Below are positions 34,830-47,285 of a stretch of DNA of 64,000 nucleotides, one piece after another. Source of the DNA: Mytilus californianus (Eukaryota). The notes under the pieces were generated by a model that saw only the letters and a program-made list of their open reading frames with translations, had not been told where the DNA came from and did no database searches. Positions within the stretch are counted from its first letter, which is position 1; every line of letters begins with the position of its first letter. The stretch covers positions 79,608,001-79,672,000 of the forward strand of contig NW_026262712.1 of the NCBI RefSeq assembly GCF_021869535.1, written 5' to 3'. The position numbers and the translations under genes are program-made.

Positions 34830-36862
34830 TTAATAATAAATAAAAATCCATTACACATTAGATACAAGAGAACTATATTACCCATATAAACAATTTATTA
34901 TTCTTCTTTAAAATGCATGTCTCCAAGGCAAGTCAAAATTTCTGACAATTTTTTTTGCCACAAAGGCAATTGTAAAAAATTACCACCTAGGTCTATTAAG
35001 AAGCCACCAAGGTCTTAAAGCCACCGAGGCTAGTATTTTCCATTTAATGTTGCCGCCAAGGCAAATGTAAGTTAAAGTTATAGAATATAATTACTTTGCC
35101 GACAACACGTGGAGCACGACCGTCCCACAGCTTGGATGTTGAAAGAATGAGGACGTATCACATGTACTTCCGCCAAACATATCAACCAATGAGGTTATGG
35201 CGGGATTACACATGACTGTTTAAATAGCCGATTACAATCCAATAATTAAATATTAATACGAACAAATATGCAAATTGTACATCCTCCAATTGAAGGGTCG
35301 TATGTTTAGTTATATTTTTTCTATTTATTTATATGTTGAGATGCAGAGAATAGATTGTACCAATGTTGTTGTTTGTTTGTTTTTCTTTTTTCTTTTTTCG
35401 AAGTAATGTATTTAACAAAATATTACAGATGTTCTATAGACAATAAATGTACATTCCAAGACATGTTCTGCAAACATTTCATAAGATGTGTCTTGTGTGA
35501 AAGTAATTTTGTATGTTTTTAGAATTTGGACGAGTTGAATAAACAACGATGAAAACTATATTTTTGTATATAACGAAATGGTGGGTAATACATAGACCGA
35601 CGTTGAATATGTTAAATACGTTTGCTATAATGCAAATATTCACATGCATGCAAGATTGATACATACACTGTTTGTTTTCTGAAATTAGAATCATGGATTT
35701 AGTCTGCTATCCACTATTTATCTATGATACCCTCCTCCCCCACATACTCATACACAAAAATACAAACACACTCACAAAATAAACGGTAGATTTTAAAATT
35801 TAAATACTTTATTGTCATTAATGTCATTAATCTATAAAACATTAAAGTAGATTGTTTTGTGTATTCTACAACTACGGCACATACAAATGATTTGTTTCAG
35901 ATAAATCATACTCATCTTAGTGAATATTAAATGTTTAAGTTACGCCTCAATTGAACCAAGCCATGTAACTTTGAGATCATAGTCGAAGACTTTGTGATTT
36001 CGCTGTGTGTTCAAATGACAATTTAATGCTTTCAAGCGCTTTCAATCAATCAATCAACAATTTGCTGCTGTGTAAAATTTGGTATATTGTCATTTGATAT
36101 ATTATTTATTCGTATATCTTTAATGACTTTTGATTATGTGTAACATTCTACTACATTGTATGCAATTTGTGTAGTGCTTTATGTGCATAATATGCCAATA
36201 ATGCTATGAAATCATAAAAAAAACATGTTTTACCTAGACTTACCTGGGTTAATAAAAAAATTTATTAATGAAGTGTTGTTACACTATAACCTATCAATAG
36301 CCCATTGCTTACGCAATAATTCTATTACCTCCGACATGAATTTATTAATACCAGTAAAATTCAAAATGTTGGAATAGTCAGAATAAGCCATTTACCTGTA
36401 TATTAATTAGATCAAAATTACTTATACAACAACTTAACTTACAACAACATTTACTTTTCTCTGTAGAAAATAGAGAAGGAATGTGTATTTATAAAATGCA
36501 GCAATAGCAGGCAGACATCATTATCAAAAATGTAAATAGCTGTAAATTTAAAGGAATTTCAATACAATCATAAGGTATTTGATATTTCTCTTTCCGTTAT
36601 TTATTGACGTTAAATTAATGACAAGGAAATAACGAAGTAAAAGTTTAAGTATTGCATCACAATCTTAATATCACTTGTAGTGACAACACTTATTTCATAT
36701 TTTCAAAGAGTGGACATTTGAATACACATGTGATTTAAATGACAGCATTTAATTTGGAGATTGAAGTAACTTTCTGATAACTCTATACGATATCCCCGTC
36801 ACTTTTTCTTCACCAAAGTCAACGTTGAGAAATCTAGTTAATACTTTATATATTGCATCGCC

Positions 36863-39424
36863 ATGATACGGTCGTTATATGTACTATTTCGTACATTCGG
36901 ATCACTTTGTAAGTCAGAATCAACAATTAAAATGCATACAGGATTTAAATCATGCGAGTTCTATCATATATGTGAGTGTAAAAGAGACCAAGGATCATCG
37001 CTTTACATTGCAGATTGTTCAGGACTAAATATAACAGAAATATGGAGGTTTCCGAATATAATTTCAAAACTATCGCTACGAATGAATAGATTGGAGGTGA
37101 TTAAAGATAGTATCTTTTTTAAAAACAGACTTCTGAGAACATTGAATCTTTCATTCAATAGAATCAAAACAATTTCATCATCTTCTTTCATCGGGTTAGA
37201 AAAGTTGAAAGAACTCGACCTTCAACAAAACAATTTGAGTAAGATTAGTTTTACACACCAATGGTGTGCCAGGTTACAAAACTTGGTCTATTTAAATTTG
37301 AAAGGAAATTTTTATGATGAATATCAACCAGACATATCATTTTTAGTGCAATTGGAAATTTTGAAAATGGATTTTGTGTATGAAAAAACAACAATACTGA
37401 ATAAAAAGTTCAGTAATCTCAAACGGCTAAAGAGTCTGGATTTTTCTGGGTTAACAGGACATTGTTCAGTGCCATTTTTAACACCACATACATTCAAAAA
37501 TGTACCACACGTTCGAAATTTAAGTTTGGCTATGTGCAAAATAAAATCCTTGCAGAGAGGAACTTTTGATATGATGAAAAATATTACCTTCCTTGATTTA
37601 TCAGGAAATACATGCCTAAAATTTCAGGTGTTAGAAAACGTAACAGCAGACCTTCAGTTTTCCGCAATCAAAATTTTAAAAGTCAACAAAATCCATAAAG
37701 TCTTCGACATGAATACATATTTGCAGACTACTCATATACGGCATCTCAGTAACACATCAATCCAAGAAGTTCATATGGACAGTAACCGTCTTCAGCAAGT
37801 AGAACTGGGTGCTTTGAAATTTTTACCCAGGACATTGATCTATTTGTCAGTAAAAGACAATATGTTTTCCATAGTACCATACCTGTTTGACTTACTTACG
37901 TTGTCATTAGAAACTGTAGATGCATCCGGCATGTTTTCATTTCACACGGAAGATCGACATCCTGAAAAATGCAACTTAGATCTTGTGTGTACTTGGCACA
38001 CTGATGTAAGATATAATGACTTTCATGATTCTAAATTTAAACAATTGTTGTTTAAACAGGGTGAATTTGGTGGAACGCTCATACCCATACCTTACAAATT
38101 TAAGAAATTAATTTTCAGGTCTAGTGGATATAAATATAACATAACGGAAGTAGACTTATCAAATAATGAATTAGAAATGGTTGACCTGAGCAACAATATT
38201 TTGACACGTTGGATTGGCCCCTTTAACAATGCAAGGAATTTGACATACTTAGATCTTTCTTCAAATATGTGCTCGAATATTTTGACATTCTTCTTCAGTC
38301 CAGACTTCATCATGTTGAAAGAGCTGTCATTGAGTAATAATTTACTAGGACTGGCTTTACCATATGATATCCACGGAAACACATTCCAACACTTGTTTAA
38401 TGTAATGAAACTTGATTTATCTCAAAACAGAATATCAAAATTACCTAAACTGATTTTTAAGTCTCAAAGCAAAATGGAAATTCTGGATCTGAGTGACAAT
38501 TTTATCGAAAATATTGACTTTCAATTATCACATTTGATAAAGCTGTCATACCTAAATTTAAGAAATAATTTTATAACATTTATCGATAGTCATACTATTG
38601 TCGAGATTAATTGTTTAGATGACAAGAGGAACAACCTGTCTATAAACATGTTGGAGAACAAACTGGTATGCACATGTAATTCCAAACGTTTTATAGATTG
38701 GGTGGGAAGTACAAGTGTTCATATTGTTCATAAAAATCATTATTAATGTCAATTATCAACAGGAAAACGTGTCCTCATGAAAAATATTCCTGACCTCTAC
38801 AAAAAATTGGAGAAAGATTGTACATCTTATGAAGTTCTTACTTATGGACTAGTTGTAACAATTTTATTTTTTTTAATTGTTCTTATCATGGGTGTTTGTT
38901 ACCGATTTCGATGGAAGCTAAGGTATTTGTATTATATGGTCAAAATAAGATCTCGAAGTAAGATACAACAAATCGACGAAAATAAAAATGAATATATGTA
39001 TGACGCCTTTGTGTCTTATGCAGATGACGATCGATCATTTGTTCATACACAGTTACTTCAAACACTGGAAAAAGAAAATGGTATTCGCCTATGCTTACAC
39101 AAGAGAAACTTTTTGCCCGGAAATGATATAACGACTAACATTACTTCCGCTATTCACAATAGTCGAAAAACTATTGTCACTATGACTTACCATTACCTAA
39201 AGTCTTACTGGTGTATGTTCGAGTTTAATATGGCGAGAATGTAGAGCATTTACGAACGCAATAACGAAAATGTACTTTTCCTTGTGGTCTTTGAGCAAAT
39301 ATCTCCTCGTGATTTTCCTTTGCATATTTTAGAAGTCGTTCAATCCCAATCGTACATAGAATTCCCAAACGATGAGCAAGGTGACGTAGTATTTTGGGAG
39401 CAGCTTGTTACTGCATTGGAATAA
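36863..39424 (+). pseudogene. Toll-like receptor copy 4 (type B'): two in-frame nonsense codons, no frameshift; first ORF encodes a 627-aa ectodomain
   Basis: Colinear with copy 2. TAA at 38744-38746 (copy 2 has TTT) and TAG at 39242-39244 (GAG in the other copies). ATG to ancestral stop is 2562 bp = 854 codons in one frame. Confidence 0.93.
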
Positions 39425-41811
39425 CATTGTAGCGAAACATTTTAAAATATTTGATTTGTGTAAAAGAGTGAAAAAGCCTAAGATCCATCCACTTTCTGAT
39501 AAATCATTTTATTTATCGGAGGGAAACAGGTACAGAAAGTTATCTCTCATCTACAATCCACGCATAGAATAGCGCGAACAGAGTAGTAGTACTGTTTGTC
39601 ATTGACAGCAACATTTAATCAAATTTTGAAAATTATTTGTAAATGATAAATAAAAACAAATCATTTGATTTGATTTGTTGTAGTTATGAATTGTGAGTCT
39701 GTGACCATCGTGATTAACCCTATTAATTCTATTTGCCAATTATAAGACAATCTTAAATGCAAAAGATTAATTTCATATATGCTACTATCAGTTTGTTCGT
39801 AAGCTTCAAAATATCTGCAGACTTAGTTCTTAAAAATATTTTATTATATTTCATGTTTAATCACTACAAACAAACGAAACAATAGTGCTGTTCGATATCA
39901 AAAGAGAGGTTTGTTAAACTAAACGCCATTGATCATCTAGCTTGTATGAATGTTTAATTAAACGTGTTGGCCTTCCTATTGTTTGTGTCAAATATATTAC
40001 TTTCTTATGATACGACATACATTGTGAATTGTCAAGTGTGAATTTTATAACGGAATTTTATTCAAATAGGAATGACTTTTATGAATTAGATGTAAGCTTC
40101 TCATATCTGAGTGGTGTTAGCCCCGAAGATATGAGACGATTACATCTAATTTACATAGAAGTATAAATAAATATTTTATTGTTCTTAAAAGAGCAATTAG
40201 TTTTGATAAAACAGGAAAAGTGTCATTATCTTAAATTTTCCAGATGCAGTAACACTTTAAGAAGATGTTATGTAGTTATGATTTGGAATGCGATCTTAAT
40301 TGTCTCTTTTTTGCTGTCATCAAATTGATACCTAATCACTGCTTTTGTTATGTTTGTAAAGCAATATGAATCGCTGTACTATCTTGTCTTTTTCCTGGTT
40401 TATAGCCAAAATGTTAACTTTTTGATGGTAAATGATAACACTTCTATGTAAGTATTTGATACATCTATGAGCGCATTAGTCCGAAGTGGTGTATCTTATT
40501 TACACCAAGATATTATTGTCATTGCAGAATTATAGTTTTCAATAATTAAGGAGGGGTCTTGCAGCGATTTGACCATGTGTTGTTGATAAGCATGATATAT
40601 GCAGGATATCCAAATTCATTTAACGACATTATATAACGTGTTGTTTTTCATTTTTTGGTGTAAATGAAAATGCAAGCAATAATTGTTAAATGTTTGAAAT
40701 CGTATATATGCTCTTTTAACTATTTGCTGAACAGTGCAAACATCTGTAAATAACATCCAGAGGAAATGGTTTGTAAATTATCAGTAGAATCCTAATCTTT
40801 ATGAAATAGAACCATTTCCTTTTCAATTTTTCATGACAACCATGGATTGTTTGTGCTGTAAATATGCACAAGGTAATTAAATAAGTAGGGAAGTATACAG
40901 GTATTTCATAGGAAAAACATATTTTGCTAATACTACCCCCATAAAAAATGCATATCCCACTCACCGATAAACTTTACGTCCTGCTCAGTTAGTAGCAGTG
41001 ATAACTATGGAGAAAGATAAATAAAGAAAAGGATAATTGGACGATTTCACCTTTAAAAAGTTTAATCTTGATATTGTGAAACTTCGTAATATCTATATCA
41101 ATAGTCTCCATACATGTACTTTAAATCTACAAAAGTGTTATTTTTATGTTTCAACAATCAATACTGATAAGATTGACAGAAAAATAATCAAAATTAATTA
41201 CAATATTTTGACAGCCAAATATATCACTCATCTCATTAAACATCTGCATTTTTCCCCATTTATTGGGGAAGTTTGTATGTCTAATATATATGTACGAGTA
41301 AATACGTTAACATGGGGCACACAAACCATTGTTTGTGTATTGCAGTTATTTTCAAAATAAAGTGAAAGAAAAGTTAACTGACACGCGTCACCAGCTGATT
41401 TTATCGATTAAATATGATGCAAAATGTACAATAACAGACTTTCTAATACGAAGTAAAACTGAATTGCGAAATAAGAATAAATCGATTTGATCGTATGTCA
41501 CTCGAAATCAGTGCCCTATTAAGTCGAATAAAACACAGCCCCAACCGGACGCTTTCCCTTACGTGTACCATGTTTTTAAATATATTTTGTAGCAAAATTT
41601 ATATTTTGGTTTAGTACTTAATTTACCGAGGGACATTAGCTACACGAAGCTTAACCGAAACTTTCAGTTATTAAATTTGATAAATGATCTATTAAATATA
41701 TTCATTGTATATACGAATATTTAATCTTGCTTACAAAACTACAAAACAGACGATCAAGAAACCAACGGCCCAACTTTCCGTTCGAAGTGATGTTGTACAC
41801 ATTTACAATCT

Positions 41812-42225
41812 TCAGTATCGGATATGGCCTCCGTTGTTCCATTTGACAGCTTCTGCCCTTGATTGCATTAATTGACAAAGGCTTTTGACTGTTCGCGAGC
41901 TTTGTTTTGCCATTTCAATTGTAATGCGACATCAAGTTCATCAGGTGTAGCAGGCACAATCTGCCAAAGTCATTCCACATGTGTTCAATGGGATTAAAGT
42001 TTGTTGAAAATGCTGGCAATTCAAGTATGTTCACTCAGTTAACATTCAGAAAACTAGGTACACGGTACACTGTTTTAGTATTTATTGCTCTGCCATACAC
42101 TGTTGTTATATTTATTGCTCTGCCATGGCGTCAATTAATTTGGTTTGTGGTTGACGTCACTGATGAGAATAGATTCTGCAAATGCCGTAGACGGTTTTTA
42201 TTTTGTTGGCGTGGCGTGGTACAAA
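41812..42225 (-). mobile_element. Tc1-family transposase remnant, internally deleted
   Basis: ILELPAFSTNFNPIEHMWNDFGR (decayed WPxxSPDLNPIExxW), ...SRAEAVKWNNGGHIRY* (Tc1 C-terminus), and upstream TTPRQ...RLRHLQNLF (DNA-binding region). Confidence 0.7.
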
Positions 42226-44349
42226 AATGTAACTTGCAGTTGGCCTTGCATTAGGGTTTTTTTTCGCAGTTCCTGTTAATATGCAGCGTTGAAATTAACG
42301 ACTTATTGTGAAGTTGATAACATTAAAACGTCTATAGCAACAACACATTGACTCCAACCTGACTGTAATATTTCAATAGCGTGATTGGGATTTTCATCGT
42401 TGAGTAGCTGCGTTGGGAATCCACAAACGTTTATTTGATTTAAAAAAGGTCACGAATGCAACACATGCTCCCTTCACTTCACTTTACAAGACTTGCTCAG
42501 GTTAGTAAATTATTAAGTTTTACTCTCCAGGAGGATGTACGCCTGGTATAAATAACCAAAAAAATCCTTTTTATATTATTGTTGAAATAAAAAACCAAGA
42601 AAAGGTGTTTCATATCTAAAGTCAATCAGTATATTAATGACAAGATATCTTTTTGGTAGTTTCTGATGTTTCGTTCTAAATGTAAGTTTGATGCCTTATT
42701 GCCAATACAAAATTCAAATTTGTAAACACATTTATCAGACAAACTTATGTCTTATGAACATCTGAAGGATGTGATTTGGTAGATTTAGTATGGTAATCCA
42801 TTTTCAAATTCAAGTGACCAAAACAGTAGCCTTATCATACCTTCTTCTTTGCTTTAACCAATTGTCGTGAAATTGTAACAAACCATTAGGATTGATTTCG
42901 ATATCGGCGATTTCATTTTTTTTATTCTAGAGTTATGACACTTAATTCATTGACAATTTTAAATTGTAAAACGCGTTCTACTACTCTCTTTGGTTTTTTT
43001 TTAGCAATGGTGTTGTCATTTATGAGTTTGGATGTCCCTTTGGTATCTTTCGACTCTCTTTTGTTGTGATACTTTTTCCTGAAATTTTATCACAGGGCTA
43101 GAATTGATCAAAATTAGCTCCCTTTTAATATTCACGATTTTCACATTTGTCATTTTTGAGAGTCGAGCGAATTTATCCATAAAAAAATCGACATATCACC
43201 CAATCACTCCAAGGTGCTTGTACTGATTTCTTCAAAACTTTAAATTGTCACAGAAAAGAGGCGAATGCTACAAAATACACATTTAAACTCAGATGTTGAA
43301 AACAACCTGACAACGTAATGGCACAAAACTGAATTCGATCAAAGGACAAAAAACAGTGTGAAATTAACTGCCAGATGTAAATAGATGTGTTCACATATTG
43401 TTCCATGGCTTGAATATGCTTTGACCGATTTATTTAAAGCTTTACACGATAGTTGAAATTGGTAAAGATGAATATTTTTTAATTTGAATTTCGTTTATTC
43501 ATTAAAAGTTGACAATTACCGTCAGATTTAAGATAATTATTTTACCTATAATGCACTACAGTACTGTAGGTCCAGTATACTTGCAAATTACTAAAACTTT
43601 ACACTTTTCTTATAATTGGTGAATGCATGATTGCTTTTTATTGTGAACTTTTTCGGGTTTGTCGTTTCAGCGTTTATTGACTTTTAACAGTTTTTTTTAC
43701 ACCAAAGTGTTAACTAACATCTGATATTCAACTACATATTTGTTGTGCAACAACTTCAACACGCAGAGGAAGATCGTAATATTCGTAAAGTAAGGATGAA
43801 AAGTATCAACTTTAAACACAAAAAAACACTTCTTACAAATACGTTTATTTACTTATTAAAATAATATTTTCTAGTATATACAATCACAATAAAGGGGAGT
43901 CAGATATCTTGTTTTTTTCTTCACCTAATTACTCAAAACACTTGCATGGTTGCATCTACACAAGAAAGACGTTCTAAAGAATTTAAAAAAGATGACACAT
44001 ATGAAAAGCAAGGGAAAATTTTACATGTAATATGAATAGCTGTGAATGTTATGGGACAATGTTACATATGTTTGAGATATATATCTTCTTAAGTGAAACA
44101 AATGACAAGGAAGTAAATAGGTAAATGTTTAAGTATTGTTTTCCAACACAAAGCGTCTTTTGAAATCATAAACTTAGAAAAACTTAAAGAGCGACAACGT
44201 TGGATATACACGTGTTAAAGAACAAAACATTTAGGACGTGAAGTTGTTATTTGTAAAATCCAATTGTTGTTATTACTGGTAATTCATCTACGTTTAGATG
44301 TTCTTCATTTTAAGAAGAAATAATAACGAATATCATTGAATAATTGAGC

Positions 44350-46925
44350 ATGATGCTGTCGTTATATATACTATTTCTAGTATTCGGAATACCTTGTATG
44401 TCAGCTACAACAATTAAAAGTCATAAAGGCTTTACACCATGTGAATTCTATCATAGATGTCAGTGTAAAAAAGACAAGGAATCATCGCTTTATAATGCAG
44501 ATTGTTCAGGGCTAAACATGACGCAAATACGGAGGTTTCCGAATATAATTGTGAAACTAACACTGCGAATGAATAGTTTGAACGAGGTAAAAGACGGTAT
44601 ATTTTTGGAAAACAGACTTCTGAGAACGTTGGATCTTTCCTTCAATAGAATAAACACACTTTCGCCATCATCTTTCATTGGATTAGAACAGTTGAAAGAA
44701 CTCGACCTTCAACAAAATAGTCTCAGTAGGAAAAGTCTAATATACAATGTGTTGCCATTTTCAAAAGCTTGGTTTATTTGAATTTGAAAGGAAACTTTTA
44801 TCAAGAATTTCAACCTAATATATCCTCCTTAGTGCGTTTGAAAACGTTGAAAATGGATTTTGCATATACGGAGACAACTGTTCTAGGTAAACAGTTCAGT
44901 AATCTGAAATGGTTGATGCGTCTAGATTTTTCTGGGTTTACAGGAAATTGTTCAATAATACATTTGACACCACAGACATTTCAGTATGTACTACAAATTC
45001 GTCATTTAAATTTATCTATGTGCAAAATAAAATCAGTGCAGAAAGGTACATTTGATAAAATGAAAAACATTACCTCCCTTGATTTATCAGCAAATACATG
45101 TTTAAAATTTCAAGTCTTAGAAAATGTTACGATCGATCTTCAGTTTTCAGCAGTTAAAATTCTAAAATTGAACAAAATCCATAAGGTTTTTGATATGAAC
45201 ACATATTTACAGACATCTCATATCAGATATCTGAACAACACGGCCATCCAAGAATTTCATTTGGACAGCAACCGTCTGCAGCAAAAAGAATCTGGTGCTC
45301 TGAAATATTTCCCCAAAACATTGAAATATGTAGCAACAAGAGATAACATGTTTTCCATAGGACCGTACCTGTATGACCTAATGTCCATGTCAATAGAAAT
45401 TTTTGACATTTCCGATATGTTTAAAGCTCACAAGGAAGATCGTCACCCCGAAACATGCAACATGAACTTTGTATGTACCTGGCACAGAGAGGCTCAATTT
45501 AATGAAAATCAGAATATTCAGGTAAAAGAATTGTTGTTTAAAAGTGCACAATATCACCAAGAGGACAATGCTGTTACCATCATACCTATACCCTATAGAC
45601 TAAAAACATTGCGTTTTCGATCTAGTGACGCAAAATATACGATAACGGCACTAACTTTATCCAATAATAAACTAGAACGTATTGATGCGAGCAACAATAT
45701 TTTGTCTCACTTGATTGGGCCTTTAAAAAATACAAAGAATTTGAAATACTTAAACCTATCTTCAAATGTGTGCTCCAACATTTCGACATTCTTCTTTAGC
45801 CCCGACTTCAACATATTAGAGGACCTACTGTTGGGAAATAATTTGTTAGGTCTTGTGTTACCGTCCGATACCCACGGACAAATATTCCAAAATTTGATCA
45901 ATTTAAAAAAACTTGATTTATCTGAAAACAGGATTTCTATTTTGCCTAATCAGATTTTCAAATCGCAGAGAAAGCTTGAAATGTTAGATCTTAGTTCTAA
46001 CTTTTTAGAAAAAATCGATTTCAAATTATCACATTTGACTCATCTGTCATACCTAAATTTAAGAAATAACCTTATTACATTAATCGATAGTCATACGATT
46101 CTGGAGATTAATTTTATAGCTGATATGAGAAAAAATCTTTCTATGAACCTGTTAGAAAACAGACTGGTATGCACATGTAGCTCTGAGCGTTTTATCAAAT
46201 GGATTGGAAGTACAAGTGTGAAACTTTTTAACAAAAATCATACCTTTTGTCAATTATCAACTGGAGAACGTATCCTCATGACAAACATCCAAGAAATTTA
46301 CAAAAGTTTAAAAAAAGATTGTACATCCTATGAAGTACTTATTTCTGGACTAGTTGTAACAATTCTTTTATTTTTCATTGTTCTTATCCTGGGTATTAGC
46401 TACCGATTTCGATGGAAACTAAGATACTTTTACTATATGGTGAAAATTCGATCTCGAAGTAAGATACCGCAAATTGACGAAAATGAAAATGAATATATGT
46501 ATGACACCTTTGTGTCTTATGCAGATGAAGATCGATCATTTGTTCATACACAGTTACTTCAGACACTGGAAAACAAAAATGGTATTCGTCTGTGCTTACA
46601 CAAGAGAAACTTTTTACCCGGAAATGATATAGCGACTAACATTACTTCCGCCATTCACAATAGTCGTAAAACTATTGTCATTATGACTTACCATTATCTG
46701 AAGTCTTACTGGTGTATGTTCGAATTTAATATGGCGAGAATGGAGAGCATCTACGAACGCAATAACGAAAATGTACTTTTCCTTGTGTTTTTTGAGCAAA
46801 TATCTGCTCGTGATTTTCCTTTGCATATTTTAGAAGTCGTTCAATCCCAATCGTACATAGAATTCCCAAACGACGAGCAAGGTGACGTAGTATTTTGGCG
46901 GCAGCTTGTTACTGCACTGAAATAA
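44350..46925 (+). pseudogene. Toll-like receptor copy 5 (type C) with one 1-bp frameshift (recent pseudogene, null allele or assembly error)
   Basis: ORF 44350-44781 (SP, LRRNT, first LRRs) and ORF 44769-46925 (rest through TIR) join if one T is restored at GTG-TT-GCC (44752-44753); copy 3 reads GTG TTT at this site. Confidence 0.85.
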
Positions 46926-47285
46926 TTTTTGAAAATAAGTGTTTACGAATATACGATTATGTCATAGGTGACTCTCTGATTTAATGAACAAAATTGAATA
47001 AAATATATATGAAGACAAGTATTTGTGTCCATAGTTTTATTGTTAATGTTTCGGAAATTTGAAAGAAAAACAAATATGCATGTATTTGGGTAAAAATAAA
47101 ATATCAGATACACTCACACTCAAATAGATCTTTTACTTTTAAGAAAGAAATAATTACTGGAAGTTATCCCTAACCTTTCATCTATGCATAAAAAAGCTCA
47201 AACTTAGTATGAGGAAAGAAAATATTCGTTTTCAGTAACAGCAAAATTGAATAAAATTTAGAAACTAAATATTCTACATTAATAA

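Larger units (their letters stand above)
23191..46915 (+). repeat. Tandem segmental duplication, unit 2 (end of copy 3, spacer, copy 4, spacer, body of copy 5)
   Basis: Same colinear blocks as unit 1; about 7 kb longer because of unit-specific insertions. Confidence 0.9.

Noticed and set aside
38744-39244. Selenocysteine or programmed readthrough rescuing copy 4
   Set aside because: The stops are TAA and TAG, not TGA, and two independent readthrough events would be needed.
38777-39244. Separate TM plus partial-TIR protein by re-initiation
   Set aside because: No promoter or signal evidence, and the TIR is cut about 60 residues short; it is simply the residual frame between two stops.
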